NCBI GenBank assembly: GCA_009845905.1
Contig: VXYS01000010.1
Span: 94,321-158,320 of the forward strand
DNA length: 64,000 nt
Direction: 5' to 3'
From: Gammaproteobacteria bacterium
GTDB lineage: Bacteria > Pseudomonadota > Gammaproteobacteria > Steroidobacterales > Foliamicaceae
Under the pieces are notes generated by a model that was not told the DNA's origin, ran no database searches, and saw nothing but the letters and a program-made list of their open reading frames with translations. Shown piece by piece: positions 54,425 through 63,239 of the stretch; positions within the stretch are counted from its first letter, which is position 1, and every line of letters starts with the position of its first letter. The translations under genes and the position numbers were made by a program.

Positions 54425-55396
54425 ATGTCCGAAGAAATTGTCGATTACATCCTGCGCATAACGCGCGAAATCTGGGAAGACCGCAACCCGGACCTGGTGA
54501 TGCGCTACTACGGGCCGGAAGCGCGCATCCACGCCCTCGGCGGGATCATGCAGGGTGCGGCGGCGGTCACCGAGAACACGCGCGCGATGCAGGCCGCCTT
54601 CCCCGACCGGCTGGTGATCGGCGAGGATGTCGTATGCAGCCCGCTGGAAGGCGGCGCGTGGCTATCGTCGCACCGCATCCGCAGCCCGATGACCAGCAGG
54701 GGAGACAACGCCTACGGCCCGGCCACCGGCAAGAAAGTCACGACCCACGTAATTGCCGACTGCGTGGTCAGGAACGGATTGATCGAGAAAGAATGGCTGG
54801 TGCGGGACAACCTGAGCCTGGTACGGCAACTGGGCCTGGATCCGCAGGAGGTCGCGCAACGCGAAACCGCCCGCCGTCATCCGGAAGAACACTCGCGATG
54901 GCTTGCCGACGAACACAGGTGCGTTCTGGACACTCCCCCGCCCCCCTCCGGCGCAGGTTCGCCGCCGGATCCGCGGCAGGATCCGCTCGGCTTCGCCCGC
55001 GAGATTCTGCTCGGCCTCTGGCAGAACCCGTCGGAGTTTTGCGAAGCCGCCTACGCACCCTACGCCGTATTGAGCGATTCCGACCGGGAAGTGGCCGGAG
55101 CGAGCGACATCTTCAGTCACTACGCTGCCTTGCGGGAGAGCCTGAACGTGCTCCGGCTAAGCGTCGATCATGCGGGGCTGCAGGCCCGCGGCGGCGGTTG
55201 GACGCTCGCCGCGCGCTGGACGGCGGCCCTGGAGCACTCGCAGGAGTTCGAGGGACTGCCGGCGACGCGCGCACCGCTGTTCCTCATGGGCATCAGCCAC
55301 TGGTGGCTGACCGGCGGGCGCGTGGCGCGCGAATGGACGGTATTCGACCGCCTGGCGCTGATGGAACAGATCCTGCGTCACGGAAAAACCCCCTAG
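54425..55396 (+). CDS. tandem SnoaL/NTF2-like (ester-cyclase-like) domain protein
   Basis: ATG at 54425 with RBS GGGAGGGAG. Two NTF2-like halves joined by a Pro-rich linker (PPPPSGAGSPPDP). Paralog of the gene at 63240 to beyond 64000. Confidence 0.7.
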   Translation: MSEEIVDYILRITREIWEDRNPDLVMRYYGPEARIHALGGIMQGAAAVTENTRAMQAAFPDRLVIGEDVVCSPLEGGAWLSSHRIRSPMTSRGDNAYGPATGKKVTTHVIADCVVRNGLIEKEWLVRDNLSLVRQLGLDPQEVAQRETARRHPEEHSRWLADEHRCVLDTPPPPSGAGSPPDPRQDPLGFAREILLGLWQNPSEFCEAAYAPYAVLSDSDREVAGASDIFSHYAALRESLNVLRLSVDHAGLQARGGGWTLAARWTAALEHSQEFEGLPATRAPLFLMGISHWWLTGGRVAREWTVFDRLALMEQILRHGKTP

Positions 55397-55576
55397 CGTC
55401 GTATTGCGCCGAGACCACCCTGAGGAGCCAGGGCGTGCGCAAACAAGCGGTTGCACGAGCCTGCATTTGCTACTATTCTCCGTTCTTACGAATCCTGCGA
55501 GTGTTCGGTGGCGGATGCCAAGGGGACGGATAGGCAGGTATTCGGCAGCTGCTAGATCCTGATTGGGAGGAAAAAC

Positions 55577-58144
55577 ATGCACCGACTTCATCGGACATTT
55601 TCGATTGCCTTGGCCGTGGCCGTGGGCGCCGTTGCCTGGGGCACGGCTCCGCAGGCCGGCGCGCAGGAGGCATCCGCACTGGAAGAGATCGTCGTCACGG
55701 CGCGGAAACGCGAAGAGGCGCTGGCGGACATTCCGATAGCGATAACCGCCTTTTCGGCCGAGCAATTGATCCGCGGCGGGTTCACCACCCTGCAGGACCT
55801 TTCGTTCCAGACCGCCGGTCTGCACTTCCATAAGCAGGGCGGCCAGATTCCGGGCCGCTTCAGCAGCAGGGTGCGTTTTCGCGGGATGAACAGCAACGCC
55901 AATCCCCCTTCACAGCAGGTGGGCACGGTGTTCCTGGACGGCGTTTACATTTCCGATGGCGTTACGAGCATCGACTTTTCCAATATCGAGCGCGTCGAAG
56001 TCATCAAGGGGCCCCAGTCGGCCACCTTCGGCCGGTCCACATTCGCCGGGGCGGTCAACTACGTGACCAGGACACCGGGCAATGAATACGCAGGCCGCGT
56101 CATCGCCGACGTTTCGGAGTGGGGCGGGCGCGACGTGACACTTTCGCACGAAGGGCCGCTGATGGAGGACAAACTGACCTACCGCGTTTCGGCGCGACTG
56201 TACGGAACCGACGGTCAGTACAAGTCCAATGCCGATGGCGGCGCCCTGGGCGAGGAGAGCACGCAAACCATACAGGCCGTACTCAACTGGACGCCCACCG
56301 AGAATTTATCGGTCAAGTTCCGCTACCTGTGGTCCCACGACGACGACGGCCCGGCCGCCGGCATGTTGCTGGGAACGGCCTTCTCGGCCCGCTTCGGCGG
56401 GGCCGGCGTCCCGGCCAATGCCGGGCCCAACTGCTACAGCGACGGCATTACTTCAGGGGGCGATGGCTCCGACACGCCGTCCGATTACTTCTGCGGCGCG
56501 CTTCCGAAGGTTGACGTGGATTCCTTCATCGCTCCGAACACGGCGATCAGCGCCGTCGACCAGGCCGCCTTCCGCAGCAACGTGATTTGCGATCCGCGTG
56601 ACGGCATCTGCCGGCCCAAGTTGCCCGGCGCGCCGCTCAGGTCCACGTCCGGTCTGACCCGCTACCAGCAACGCGCTGCGTTGCTGGTCAACTATGACTT
56701 CGACAGCGGCATGCTGGACGGACACAGCCTGGATTCCGTGGTCGGATGGAGCACGATGCGGGCCGGCTGGGTACGTGATTTCGACCTTACGGCCGCACAG
56801 AATTTCCTGTCGCAGGATCCGGTCGTTGCCGATGACCTGACGGTGGAACTGAACCTGAGTTCGCCGCAGGACCGCAGGCTGCGCTATTCGATCGGCGCGA
56901 ATTTCTTCACAGCGGATAACGTCACCGTGGGCAACGGAGGTAACACGATCTGGGGTTCCGACGGCGGCGTGACCCAGCGAGTGGTGGCTGAGCCCGACGG
57001 AACGCCCCTGCCCGAGCCGGCAACGCTCCCGGGTCCGCACTTCTTCATGAACGCCATTCCGCCCACAGAGGGCAACGACACGACCGGAATATTCGGTTCC
57101 TTTGCCTACGACTTCAATGACGACTTGACGCTGGACGTGGAGTGGCGCTACCAATCGGACGACATTTCCCTGTCAAGCCCGAGTAACGCGGGCGTGCCCA
57201 ATCCGGGCGGCGGTGTCGTGAACGCGACCTACAACGAGGAATCATTCAACAGTTTCCTGCCGCGGGTCACGCTTTCCTACGATGTCGGCGACCGGGGAAC
57301 CAGCTGGGTGACGTATTCCGAAGGCACGCTGCCCGGCTTCTTCAACACGGACTTCGGCTCCCTGAGCGAAGCGGACAGGGAGCAGGTCAGGTCGGTCATC
57401 CCGGGGCTTTCGTTGTTCAACGAGGAAGAGGAGCTTGAGAACATGGAAGTCGGCTTCAAGCAGGAGTTCGAGAACTTCTACTTCTCGGCGGTCTTCTACA
57501 TGATCGACTGGACCAACCTCAAGACCCGCCAGGGCGTCACATTGACCAACGAACTGGGCGTCCAGCGCACGCTCAATCTCCAGCTCAACGCCGGTGACGC
57601 GGAACTCGAGGGCCTGGAACTGGAAGGCGGCTTCTCGCTGGGAGAGAACTTCTCCGGCACGTTCATGCTGAACTACGCCGACGGCGAATACGGCACGCTC
57701 ACCTGCGGCTTCTCGCCGTTCAAGCCGCCCATTACACCGGGTAATACTTTCGGCCCCCGCGACTGCTCCGGCAGCCGTCCGGCGCGTTATCCGGAATGGC
57801 AGGGCGCCGTCTCCGGTACCTGGACCGACAGCTTCGCGAGCGGCAACTGGGACTACTACGTGCGCGTGGACGGCGAGTACTTCGGCGAGGCCTACAACGA
57901 GGAAGCCAACTTCTCCACGATGGGCGACTTCTGGCGTTTCAATCTGCGCGGCGGGTTTGAAAGGGACGACCTTCGCATCGAGGGTTACGTCAAGAACCTG
58001 CTCGACGACGACAACTACCTCGCAGGCGCCCGCTGGTCCGATTTCTCCGGCACCTTCCTGTTCGCCTTCCTGTTCAGCCAGGGCGTGGCGGTCACCCCCG
58101 CCGAGAAGCGCACCATCGGCCTGAGGGTCGTTTACGACTTCTAG
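55577..58144 (+). CDS. TonB-dependent receptor
   Basis: 855 aa. Signal peptide, plug EEIVVTARKREEALADIPIAITAF, barrel ending RVVYDF. RBS GGGAGG. Confidence 0.9.
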   Translation: MHRLHRTFSIALAVAVGAVAWGTAPQAGAQEASALEEIVVTARKREEALADIPIAITAFSAEQLIRGGFTTLQDLSFQTAGLHFHKQGGQIPGRFSSRVRFRGMNSNANPPSQQVGTVFLDGVYISDGVTSIDFSNIERVEVIKGPQSATFGRSTFAGAVNYVTRTPGNEYAGRVIADVSEWGGRDVTLSHEGPLMEDKLTYRVSARLYGTDGQYKSNADGGALGEESTQTIQAVLNWTPTENLSVKFRYLWSHDDDGPAAGMLLGTAFSARFGGAGVPANAGPNCYSDGITSGGDGSDTPSDYFCGALPKVDVDSFIAPNTAISAVDQAAFRSNVICDPRDGICRPKLPGAPLRSTSGLTRYQQRAALLVNYDFDSGMLDGHSLDSVVGWSTMRAGWVRDFDLTAAQNFLSQDPVVADDLTVELNLSSPQDRRLRYSIGANFFTADNVTVGNGGNTIWGSDGGVTQRVVAEPDGTPLPEPATLPGPHFFMNAIPPTEGNDTTGIFGSFAYDFNDDLTLDVEWRYQSDDISLSSPSNAGVPNPGGGVVNATYNEESFNSFLPRVTLSYDVGDRGTSWVTYSEGTLPGFFNTDFGSLSEADREQVRSVIPGLSLFNEEEELENMEVGFKQEFENFYFSAVFYMIDWTNLKTRQGVTLTNELGVQRTLNLQLNAGDAELEGLELEGGFSLGENFSGTFMLNYADGEYGTLTCGFSPFKPPITPGNTFGPRDCSGSRPARYPEWQGAVSGTWTDSFASGNWDYYVRVDGEYFGEAYNEEANFSTMGDFWRFNLRGGFERDDLRIEGYVKNLLDDDNYLAGARWSDFSGTFLFAFLFSQGVAVTPAEKRTIGLRVVYDF

Positions 58145-58154
58145 CATCATTCGA

Positions 58155-58193
58155 AAAAGCTCCGGCCGGTCCGCCGGCCGGAGCTTTTCTTTC
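58155..58193 (+). terminator. rho-independent terminator
   Basis: 15-bp stem AAAAGCTCCGGCCGG / CCGGCCGGAGCTTTT, loop TCCG, followed by the T-rich CTTTC. Located 11 nt after the receptor stop. Confidence 0.7.
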
Positions 58194-58259
58194 GTGACCG
58201 GCGGAAAACGCCGACCGGCGCTCGCCGGGCCGGCATTTCCCCGGATGGGATAGTCAGCG

Positions 58260-59087
58260 ATGTCGAACTATCAGCGCGGCTACGTGGACTGCCGTTTCGG
58301 GCAGATTCACTATCACCGGGCCTGGCCGGCTACCGGGAGCGGCAGGACGCCGCTGGCGTTCTTTCACCAGAACCACAAGTCGGCGTTCGAGTACGACATG
58401 CTGCTCAGGGAAATGGGCCGCGACCGGGAGTCGCTGGCCTTCGATACTCCGGGCTATGGCTATTCCGACGGCCCGCCCGACGTGCCCACCATGGCGGACT
58501 TCGCCGGCGCGATGGCCGACGCGCTGGACGGCCTTGGCTTTGGCGCCGGTGGCAAGGGCGCGGTCGACGTGTTCGGCCTGCACACGGGGGTATTGATCGC
58601 CACCGAGCTGGCGCTGACGCGTCCGGACCTGGTGCGCCGCATCGTGATGAGCGGCGTTCCCTACCGGTCGCCGGAAACGCGCAGGGAAATTCTCGAGTCG
58701 CTCCCCCGCGACCAGAAGCTGACCGAGGACGGCGCCTGGATCAAGGACCGCTGGCAGGTACTCGTGGCCGACCGGTCGAAGGACGTGCCGCTGGAACGTG
58801 CGGCGCGGGTCTTCGCGGAGGCAATCCGTCCGCTGGACAAGCATTGGTATGCCTACGACGCCGTCTGGAACTATCCGCTGGCAGAACGTCTGCCGCAGCT
58901 CGTTCACCCGGTCGCGATCCTGCAGACGCATGAACCTCTGCTCGAAGAGACCCGGCGGGCGCATGCCGAGTTGCTGCCGCAGGCACATTTCGTCGAGATT
59001 CCCGAGGTCCAGGTGAACATTCTGGAACTGGCCTGGAAACAGTTCGCGCGCGAAATGCGGCTGTGGCTGGATAAGCCGGCGCCCTGA
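58260..59087 (+). CDS. alpha/beta-fold protein with a non-canonical nucleophile elbow
   Basis: 275 aa. HG-type oxyanion region (AFFHQNH). The elbow reads FGLHTGV instead of GxSxG. Confidence 0.7.
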   Translation: MSNYQRGYVDCRFGQIHYHRAWPATGSGRTPLAFFHQNHKSAFEYDMLLREMGRDRESLAFDTPGYGYSDGPPDVPTMADFAGAMADALDGLGFGAGGKGAVDVFGLHTGVLIATELALTRPDLVRRIVMSGVPYRSPETRREILESLPRDQKLTEDGAWIKDRWQVLVADRSKDVPLERAARVFAEAIRPLDKHWYAYDAVWNYPLAERLPQLVHPVAILQTHEPLLEETRRAHAELLPQAHFVEIPEVQVNILELAWKQFAREMRLWLDKPAP

Positions 59088-59124
59088 TCCCCGTTAACGC
59101 GTCCCGCGTTCCTCGCTAGCTGCC

Positions 59125-60090
59125 ATGCAGGGTTTCCTGGTCGAGCAATTCGGCGGCACGGAGGTCATGCAGTGGCGCGAACTGGGGCCACTGGAGCCTA
59201 GTCCGCGCCAGGTGCTCGTTGAGGTAAGGGCCTCCGGTGTCAACTTCGCCGAAACCCGCATGCGCGCCGGTACGTACTCGGGACAGGAGCTGCCCTTCGT
59301 GATGGGCATGGAATGCGCCGGTGTGGTAGCGGAATGCGGCGATGACGTCGGCGAGTTCAAGCCCGGCGATCGCGTTTTCGGACGGGCCCGCGGCTCGCAT
59401 GCCGAGGCGGTCCTTTTCGACGCCGATCACCTGATGCCGCTTCCCGACGCGGTTTCGTTCATCGAGGGCGCCGCGATCCCGGTGAGCTGGCTGACCGCCT
59501 GGCATGCGCTGGATGCGGTGGCCGGCTTCGGGCAAGGCCAGCGGATCCTGATCGAAGCGGTCGCGTCCGGCGTGGGCAGCGCCGCACTCCAGATCGCGAA
59601 GTGGCGCGATTGCTGGGTGGCCGGAACCGCCAGCCGCGACCCGAAGCTGGAAATCGCCCGCGAGTGGGGCTGCGACGCCACCTACAACTACAAGCGGGAC
59701 GACGTGCCGGCGCTCGTGGAACGCGATACGGATGGGCGCGGAATCGACATTGGACTCATGACCATCGGCGAGGAAACCGCCGAATCGCTGATCGCGTGCA
59801 TGGGAATGGACGGGAAGATCGTGATGTACGGAAGCACCGGGGGACGCCAGGTTTGCTTCAACCTGAACATCGGCGTTCGCAACCTGTCGCTGATGAGCAT
59901 GAGCATTTCGACGAGCGAGCGCTTCATGACCCACACCATGCCCCGCTTCCGCGATGTGGCCCTGCCCCTGTTCGCCGACGGCACCTTCAAGGCGCCCGTC
60001 GGCACCGTCCTTCCGCTATCGGAGGTTGTGAGAGCGCATCAGCTCGTGGACGAGCGCAACCACTTCGGCAAGATCATCCTGACGGTCTAG
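59125..60090 (+). CDS. NADPH:quinone oxidoreductase-like medium-chain dehydrogenase/reductase
   Basis: 321 aa. GVNFAETRMRAGTY. Cofactor loop AVASGVGSAALQIAK. C-terminal HFGKIILTV. Confidence 0.85.
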   Translation: MQGFLVEQFGGTEVMQWRELGPLEPSPRQVLVEVRASGVNFAETRMRAGTYSGQELPFVMGMECAGVVAECGDDVGEFKPGDRVFGRARGSHAEAVLFDADHLMPLPDAVSFIEGAAIPVSWLTAWHALDAVAGFGQGQRILIEAVASGVGSAALQIAKWRDCWVAGTASRDPKLEIAREWGCDATYNYKRDDVPALVERDTDGRGIDIGLMTIGEETAESLIACMGMDGKIVMYGSTGGRQVCFNLNIGVRNLSLMSMSISTSERFMTHTMPRFRDVALPLFADGTFKAPVGTVLPLSEVVRAHQLVDERNHFGKIILTV

Positions 60091-60105
60091 GGGCCGCGAG
60101 TGGTT

Positions 60106-60162
60106 CCCTGGGAGCGAAGGCGTCCCGCCTTCGCCGAGGACGGGACGTCCTCGCTCCCGGGG
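60106..60162. repeat. family-2 intergenic hairpin repeat (canonical copy)
   Basis: CCCTGGGAGCGAAGGCG-TCC-CGCCTTCGC CGAGGACG-GGA-CGTCCTCG CTCCCGGGG fills the gap between convergent stops. Confidence 0.85.
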
Positions 60163-61305
60163 TTACCAGAGGCGCTTGCTGGCGATTGCGGCACCCTCGG
60201 CCATGGCGGCCAGCTTGGCGTAGGTGATGTCCGGATCGACGGCGCCGAAACCGGCGAAGGTCGAGAACCCGCAGTCCGTGCCGGCGACCACCCGCTCGCG
60301 TCCGACGATATCGGCAAAGCGGCAGATGCGTTCGGCCACCAGCCGCGGATGCTCGACGAAGTTGGTGGTGGAGTCGAGGACTCCCGGAACCAGGATCTTG
60401 TCGTCGGGCAGTTGCGCTTCGGCAAAAACGGTCCACTCGTGCGCGTGACGGGGATTGGAGGACTCGAACAGCAACGCCTGGGGCCTGGCCCTCAGCGCGA
60501 TGGGCAGCACCATCTCCATAGGCGCGTCGTGGATATGGGGTCCCTCGTAGTTCCCCCAGCAGACATGCAAACGCACCCGGTCCGCGGGGACGTTTCGCAA
60601 TGCGTGGTTCAGCGCCTCGACGTGCAGTTCCGCCTGACGCCGGTACTCGTCGTCCGGCTGTCCCTTGAACATCATGTGCCTGCCCAGTCCCAGGTCCGGC
60701 GAATCCAGTTGCAGCAGGAATCCGGCCGCGACGATCGCTTCGTACTCCGGGCGCATGGCATCGGCCAGCGCATAGAGATACGACTCGTGATCCGGATAGT
60801 GCTGGTTCGGCTGAAACAGGGCGATCACTCCCGGCGACGCCGAGTTCATGAAGGCTTCCGTGGGCTTGTGCCGATCCACCGCCGCGCGAAAGTTCGCCAG
60901 GTCCTCCTCCAGCGGAGCCGTGTCCTTTACCCGGATTTCGCCGACGCACTGGGGCCTGCGATAGGTGGGCGTGCCGCCGCTGGCGGCCTGGCGCTGCAGG
61001 AAACCCGGATACTCCTCGAGATCGGCCGGCGCCCGCCGCGGGCTGTCGCCTTCGAATCCCGTGATGCGGTCCTTGATGTAGGTGGCGTAGCTGATCTTGC
61101 TCATTTCGCCGTCGCTGACCACGTCCACGCCGGCCTCGCATTGTTTCGCCACGACCGCATCCACAGCGTCGGCCAGCAGCGCATGCCGCGCCTCCGGCTC
61201 CATCCGCTCGCCCTTCTCCTCGGCAAACACCATGTCCGTTACGGCTTCCGAACGGGGAAGGCTGCCGACGTGAGTAGTGAGAATCCGGTCGGTGGAGTGC
61301 AGCAT
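60163..61305 (-). CDS. MetE C-terminal-domain-like (cobalamin-independent methionine synthase II family) Zn-dependent alkyltransferase
   Basis: 380 aa. THVGSLPR. Zinc ligand motifs LHVCWGN (His-x-Cys) and AGTDCGF. Confidence 0.8.
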   Translation of the reverse strand: MLHSTDRILTTHVGSLPRSEAVTDMVFAEEKGERMEPEARHALLADAVDAVVAKQCEAGVDVVSDGEMSKISYATYIKDRITGFEGDSPRRAPADLEEYPGFLQRQAASGGTPTYRRPQCVGEIRVKDTAPLEEDLANFRAAVDRHKPTEAFMNSASPGVIALFQPNQHYPDHESYLYALADAMRPEYEAIVAAGFLLQLDSPDLGLGRHMMFKGQPDDEYRRQAELHVEALNHALRNVPADRVRLHVCWGNYEGPHIHDAPMEMVLPIALRARPQALLFESSNPRHAHEWTVFAEAQLPDDKILVPGVLDSTTNFVEHPRLVAERICRFADIVGRERVVAGTDCGFSTFAGFGAVDPDITYAKLAAMAEGAAIASKRLW

Positions 61306-61327
61306 GATGCGGTCCTGTGTTGGTTAT

Positions 61328-62602
61328 TCAGCCGGCGTAGCGGCGCAGCCGGATGTCGGCCTGTTCCTTGTGTCCGGCAAAGCCCTCCAGCGCGCAGAGC
61401 CGCGAGCAGTATTCGCCGATCTCCACCGACGCTTCTTCGGTGATGCGCTGGTAGGTGCAGGTCTTGATGAACTTGCCCACCCACAGGCCGCCGGTATAGC
61501 GCGATGCCTGACGGGTCGGCAGCGTGTGGTTGGTGCCGATCACCTTGTCGCCGTACGACACATTGGTTTCCGGACCCAGGAACAGCGCCCCGTAGTTGCG
61601 CATGTTGTCGAGGAAATACTGCGGATCGCGGGTCATGACCTGGACGTGTTCGGAGCCGATCTCGTCGGCTTTCTCCAGCATTTCGTCGTAGTCGTCGCAG
61701 ACGATGACCTGGCCATAGTCCCGCCAGGCCTGCCCGGCAATCGCCGCCGTTGGCAGAACGGTAAGCTGCCGCTCCACCTCGGCCATCGTGGCTTGCGCCA
61801 GGTCCTCGGAGTTGGTGAGCAGGATGGCCGGGGAGTCGGGGCCGTGCTCGGCCTGGCCGAGCAGGTCCGCCGCGCACAGTTCGCCGTCCACCGATTCGTC
61901 AGCGATGACCAGCGTTTCGGTGGGACCGGCCAGCAGGTCAATGCCCACCCGTCCGAAAAGCTGCCGCTTGGCCTCGGCTACGAAGGCGTTGCCTGGCCCG
62001 ACGATCATGTCCACGGACGAAATCGTGCCGGTGCCCAGCGCCATCGCGCCGATCGCCTGGACCCCGCCCAGGCAATAGATTTCGTCGGCGCCGGCCAGGT
62101 CCAGCGCCGTCACGACCGCCGGGTTCGGGGCGCCCTCAAACGGCGGGGAGGCGGCGATCACGCGCTCCACTCCGGCCACCCTGGCCGTGACCACGCTCAT
62201 GTGCGCGGAGGCCACCAGCGGATACTTGCCGCCGGGCACATAGCAGCCGACGCTGCTTACAGGGATGTTGCGGTGCCCCAGCACGACGCCGGGGCGCGTT
62301 TCGACTTCCACGTCGTTCAGCGCTTCAAGCTGAAACCGTGCAAAGTTGCGGATCTGATCCTGGGCGAAGCGGATGTCGGCGATGTCCCGCGGGTCCAGTC
62401 GCTTGCGGCAGTCGTCGATCTCTTCGCGGCTAAGGCGGAACGAGTCCGGCGACCAGCCGTCAAACTGCTGCGAATACCGGCGAACGGCCTCGTCGCCGTT
62501 CTCCGTGATGTCGCTCAATATGCGCTCGACCGCCGACTGGATGCGCGCATCGCGCTCATTCTGCTGTCCGGCGGCAATTCCTTTCTTCAAATATCGAATC
62601 AT
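61328..62602 (-). CDS. histidinol-dehydrogenase-family NAD-dependent dehydrogenase
   Basis: 424 aa. HisD-like pattern [39 protein letters not shown]. It sits away from other his genes, so it is probably not the biosynthetic hisD. Confidence 0.8.
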   Translation of the reverse strand: MIRYLKKGIAAGQQNERDARIQSAVERILSDITENGDEAVRRYSQQFDGWSPDSFRLSREEIDDCRKRLDPRDIADIRFAQDQIRNFARFQLEALNDVEVETRPGVVLGHRNIPVSSVGCYVPGGKYPLVASAHMSVVTARVAGVERVIAASPPFEGAPNPAVVTALDLAGADEIYCLGGVQAIGAMALGTGTISSVDMIVGPGNAFVAEAKRQLFGRVGIDLLAGPTETLVIADESVDGELCAADLLGQAEHGPDSPAILLTNSEDLAQATMAEVERQLTVLPTAAIAGQAWRDYGQVIVCDDYDEMLEKADEIGSEHVQVMTRDPQYFLDNMRNYGALFLGPETNVSYGDKVIGTNHTLPTRQASRYTGGLWVGKFIKTCTYQRITEEASVEIGEYCSRLCALEGFAGHKEQADIRLRRYAG

Positions 62603-62756
62603 CTCATTCCATCCCTCGACGGATTCCAGGCCGAAAAGTATGCTCTCATATAAAGTATGTCATGGGCATAAGACTCAACTGACCTTCAGGTAGAAATTCG
62701 CTATATGGACTTCAGCTCAGTAGTGTTCCGCCAAACCTTTTCTACAGGATAACGCC

Positions 62757-63176
62757 ATGAACCCCTTTGAAACTGCAACAAAATTCTTCCATGCCTGCGA
62801 GAGCCTGGAAGGCTGGGAAGGATGTCGTCAATACGTTGCCGACAATGCGCAATTTGCCGCGCAAAGTGAACCTCTGGTCGATGTCACCACCGTAGAGGAT
62901 TACTGTGAGTGGATGGCAGGGTTGGGACGCGGGCCACTGGAAGGCTGCAGCTACGACCTGAAGGCTTCGTCTTACGATGAGAGCACCCGTACCGCGATGT
63001 TTTTTGCCACCTTTCATGGCACGCATGTTGGCGAGGGCGGGCCGGTACCCGCCACTCGGAAATCAACCCGCTCTCATTACGTTTACGTCATCAGCCTGGA
63101 CGAAACCGGCAAGGTATCCGGGATGACAAAAATATGGAATGCCCCCTGGGCCTTGAAGGAACTCGGCTGGGCTTGA
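62757..63176 (+). CDS. small NTF2/SnoaL-like protein
   Basis: 139 aa. Single NTF2-like domain pattern, with a C-terminal strand (KVSGMTKIWNAPW). Preceded by an AT-richer divergent promoter region. Confidence 0.6.
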   Translation: MNPFETATKFFHACESLEGWEGCRQYVADNAQFAAQSEPLVDVTTVEDYCEWMAGLGRGPLEGCSYDLKASSYDESTRTAMFFATFHGTHVGEGGPVPATRKSTRSHYVYVISLDETGKVSGMTKIWNAPWALKELGWA

Positions 63177-63239
63177 CCTTACTGCAACGCCGGCTTTCGC
63201 GCGATCAACTGCCGGCGATTCAGGACATCCTGTCGTTCT

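Noticed and set aside
55397-55576. Possible riboswitch (for example cobalamin) in the 180-nt leader of the second TonB-dependent receptor
   Set aside because: I could not find a B12-box-like core or any other riboswitch consensus. It would need a covariance-model scan to exclude.
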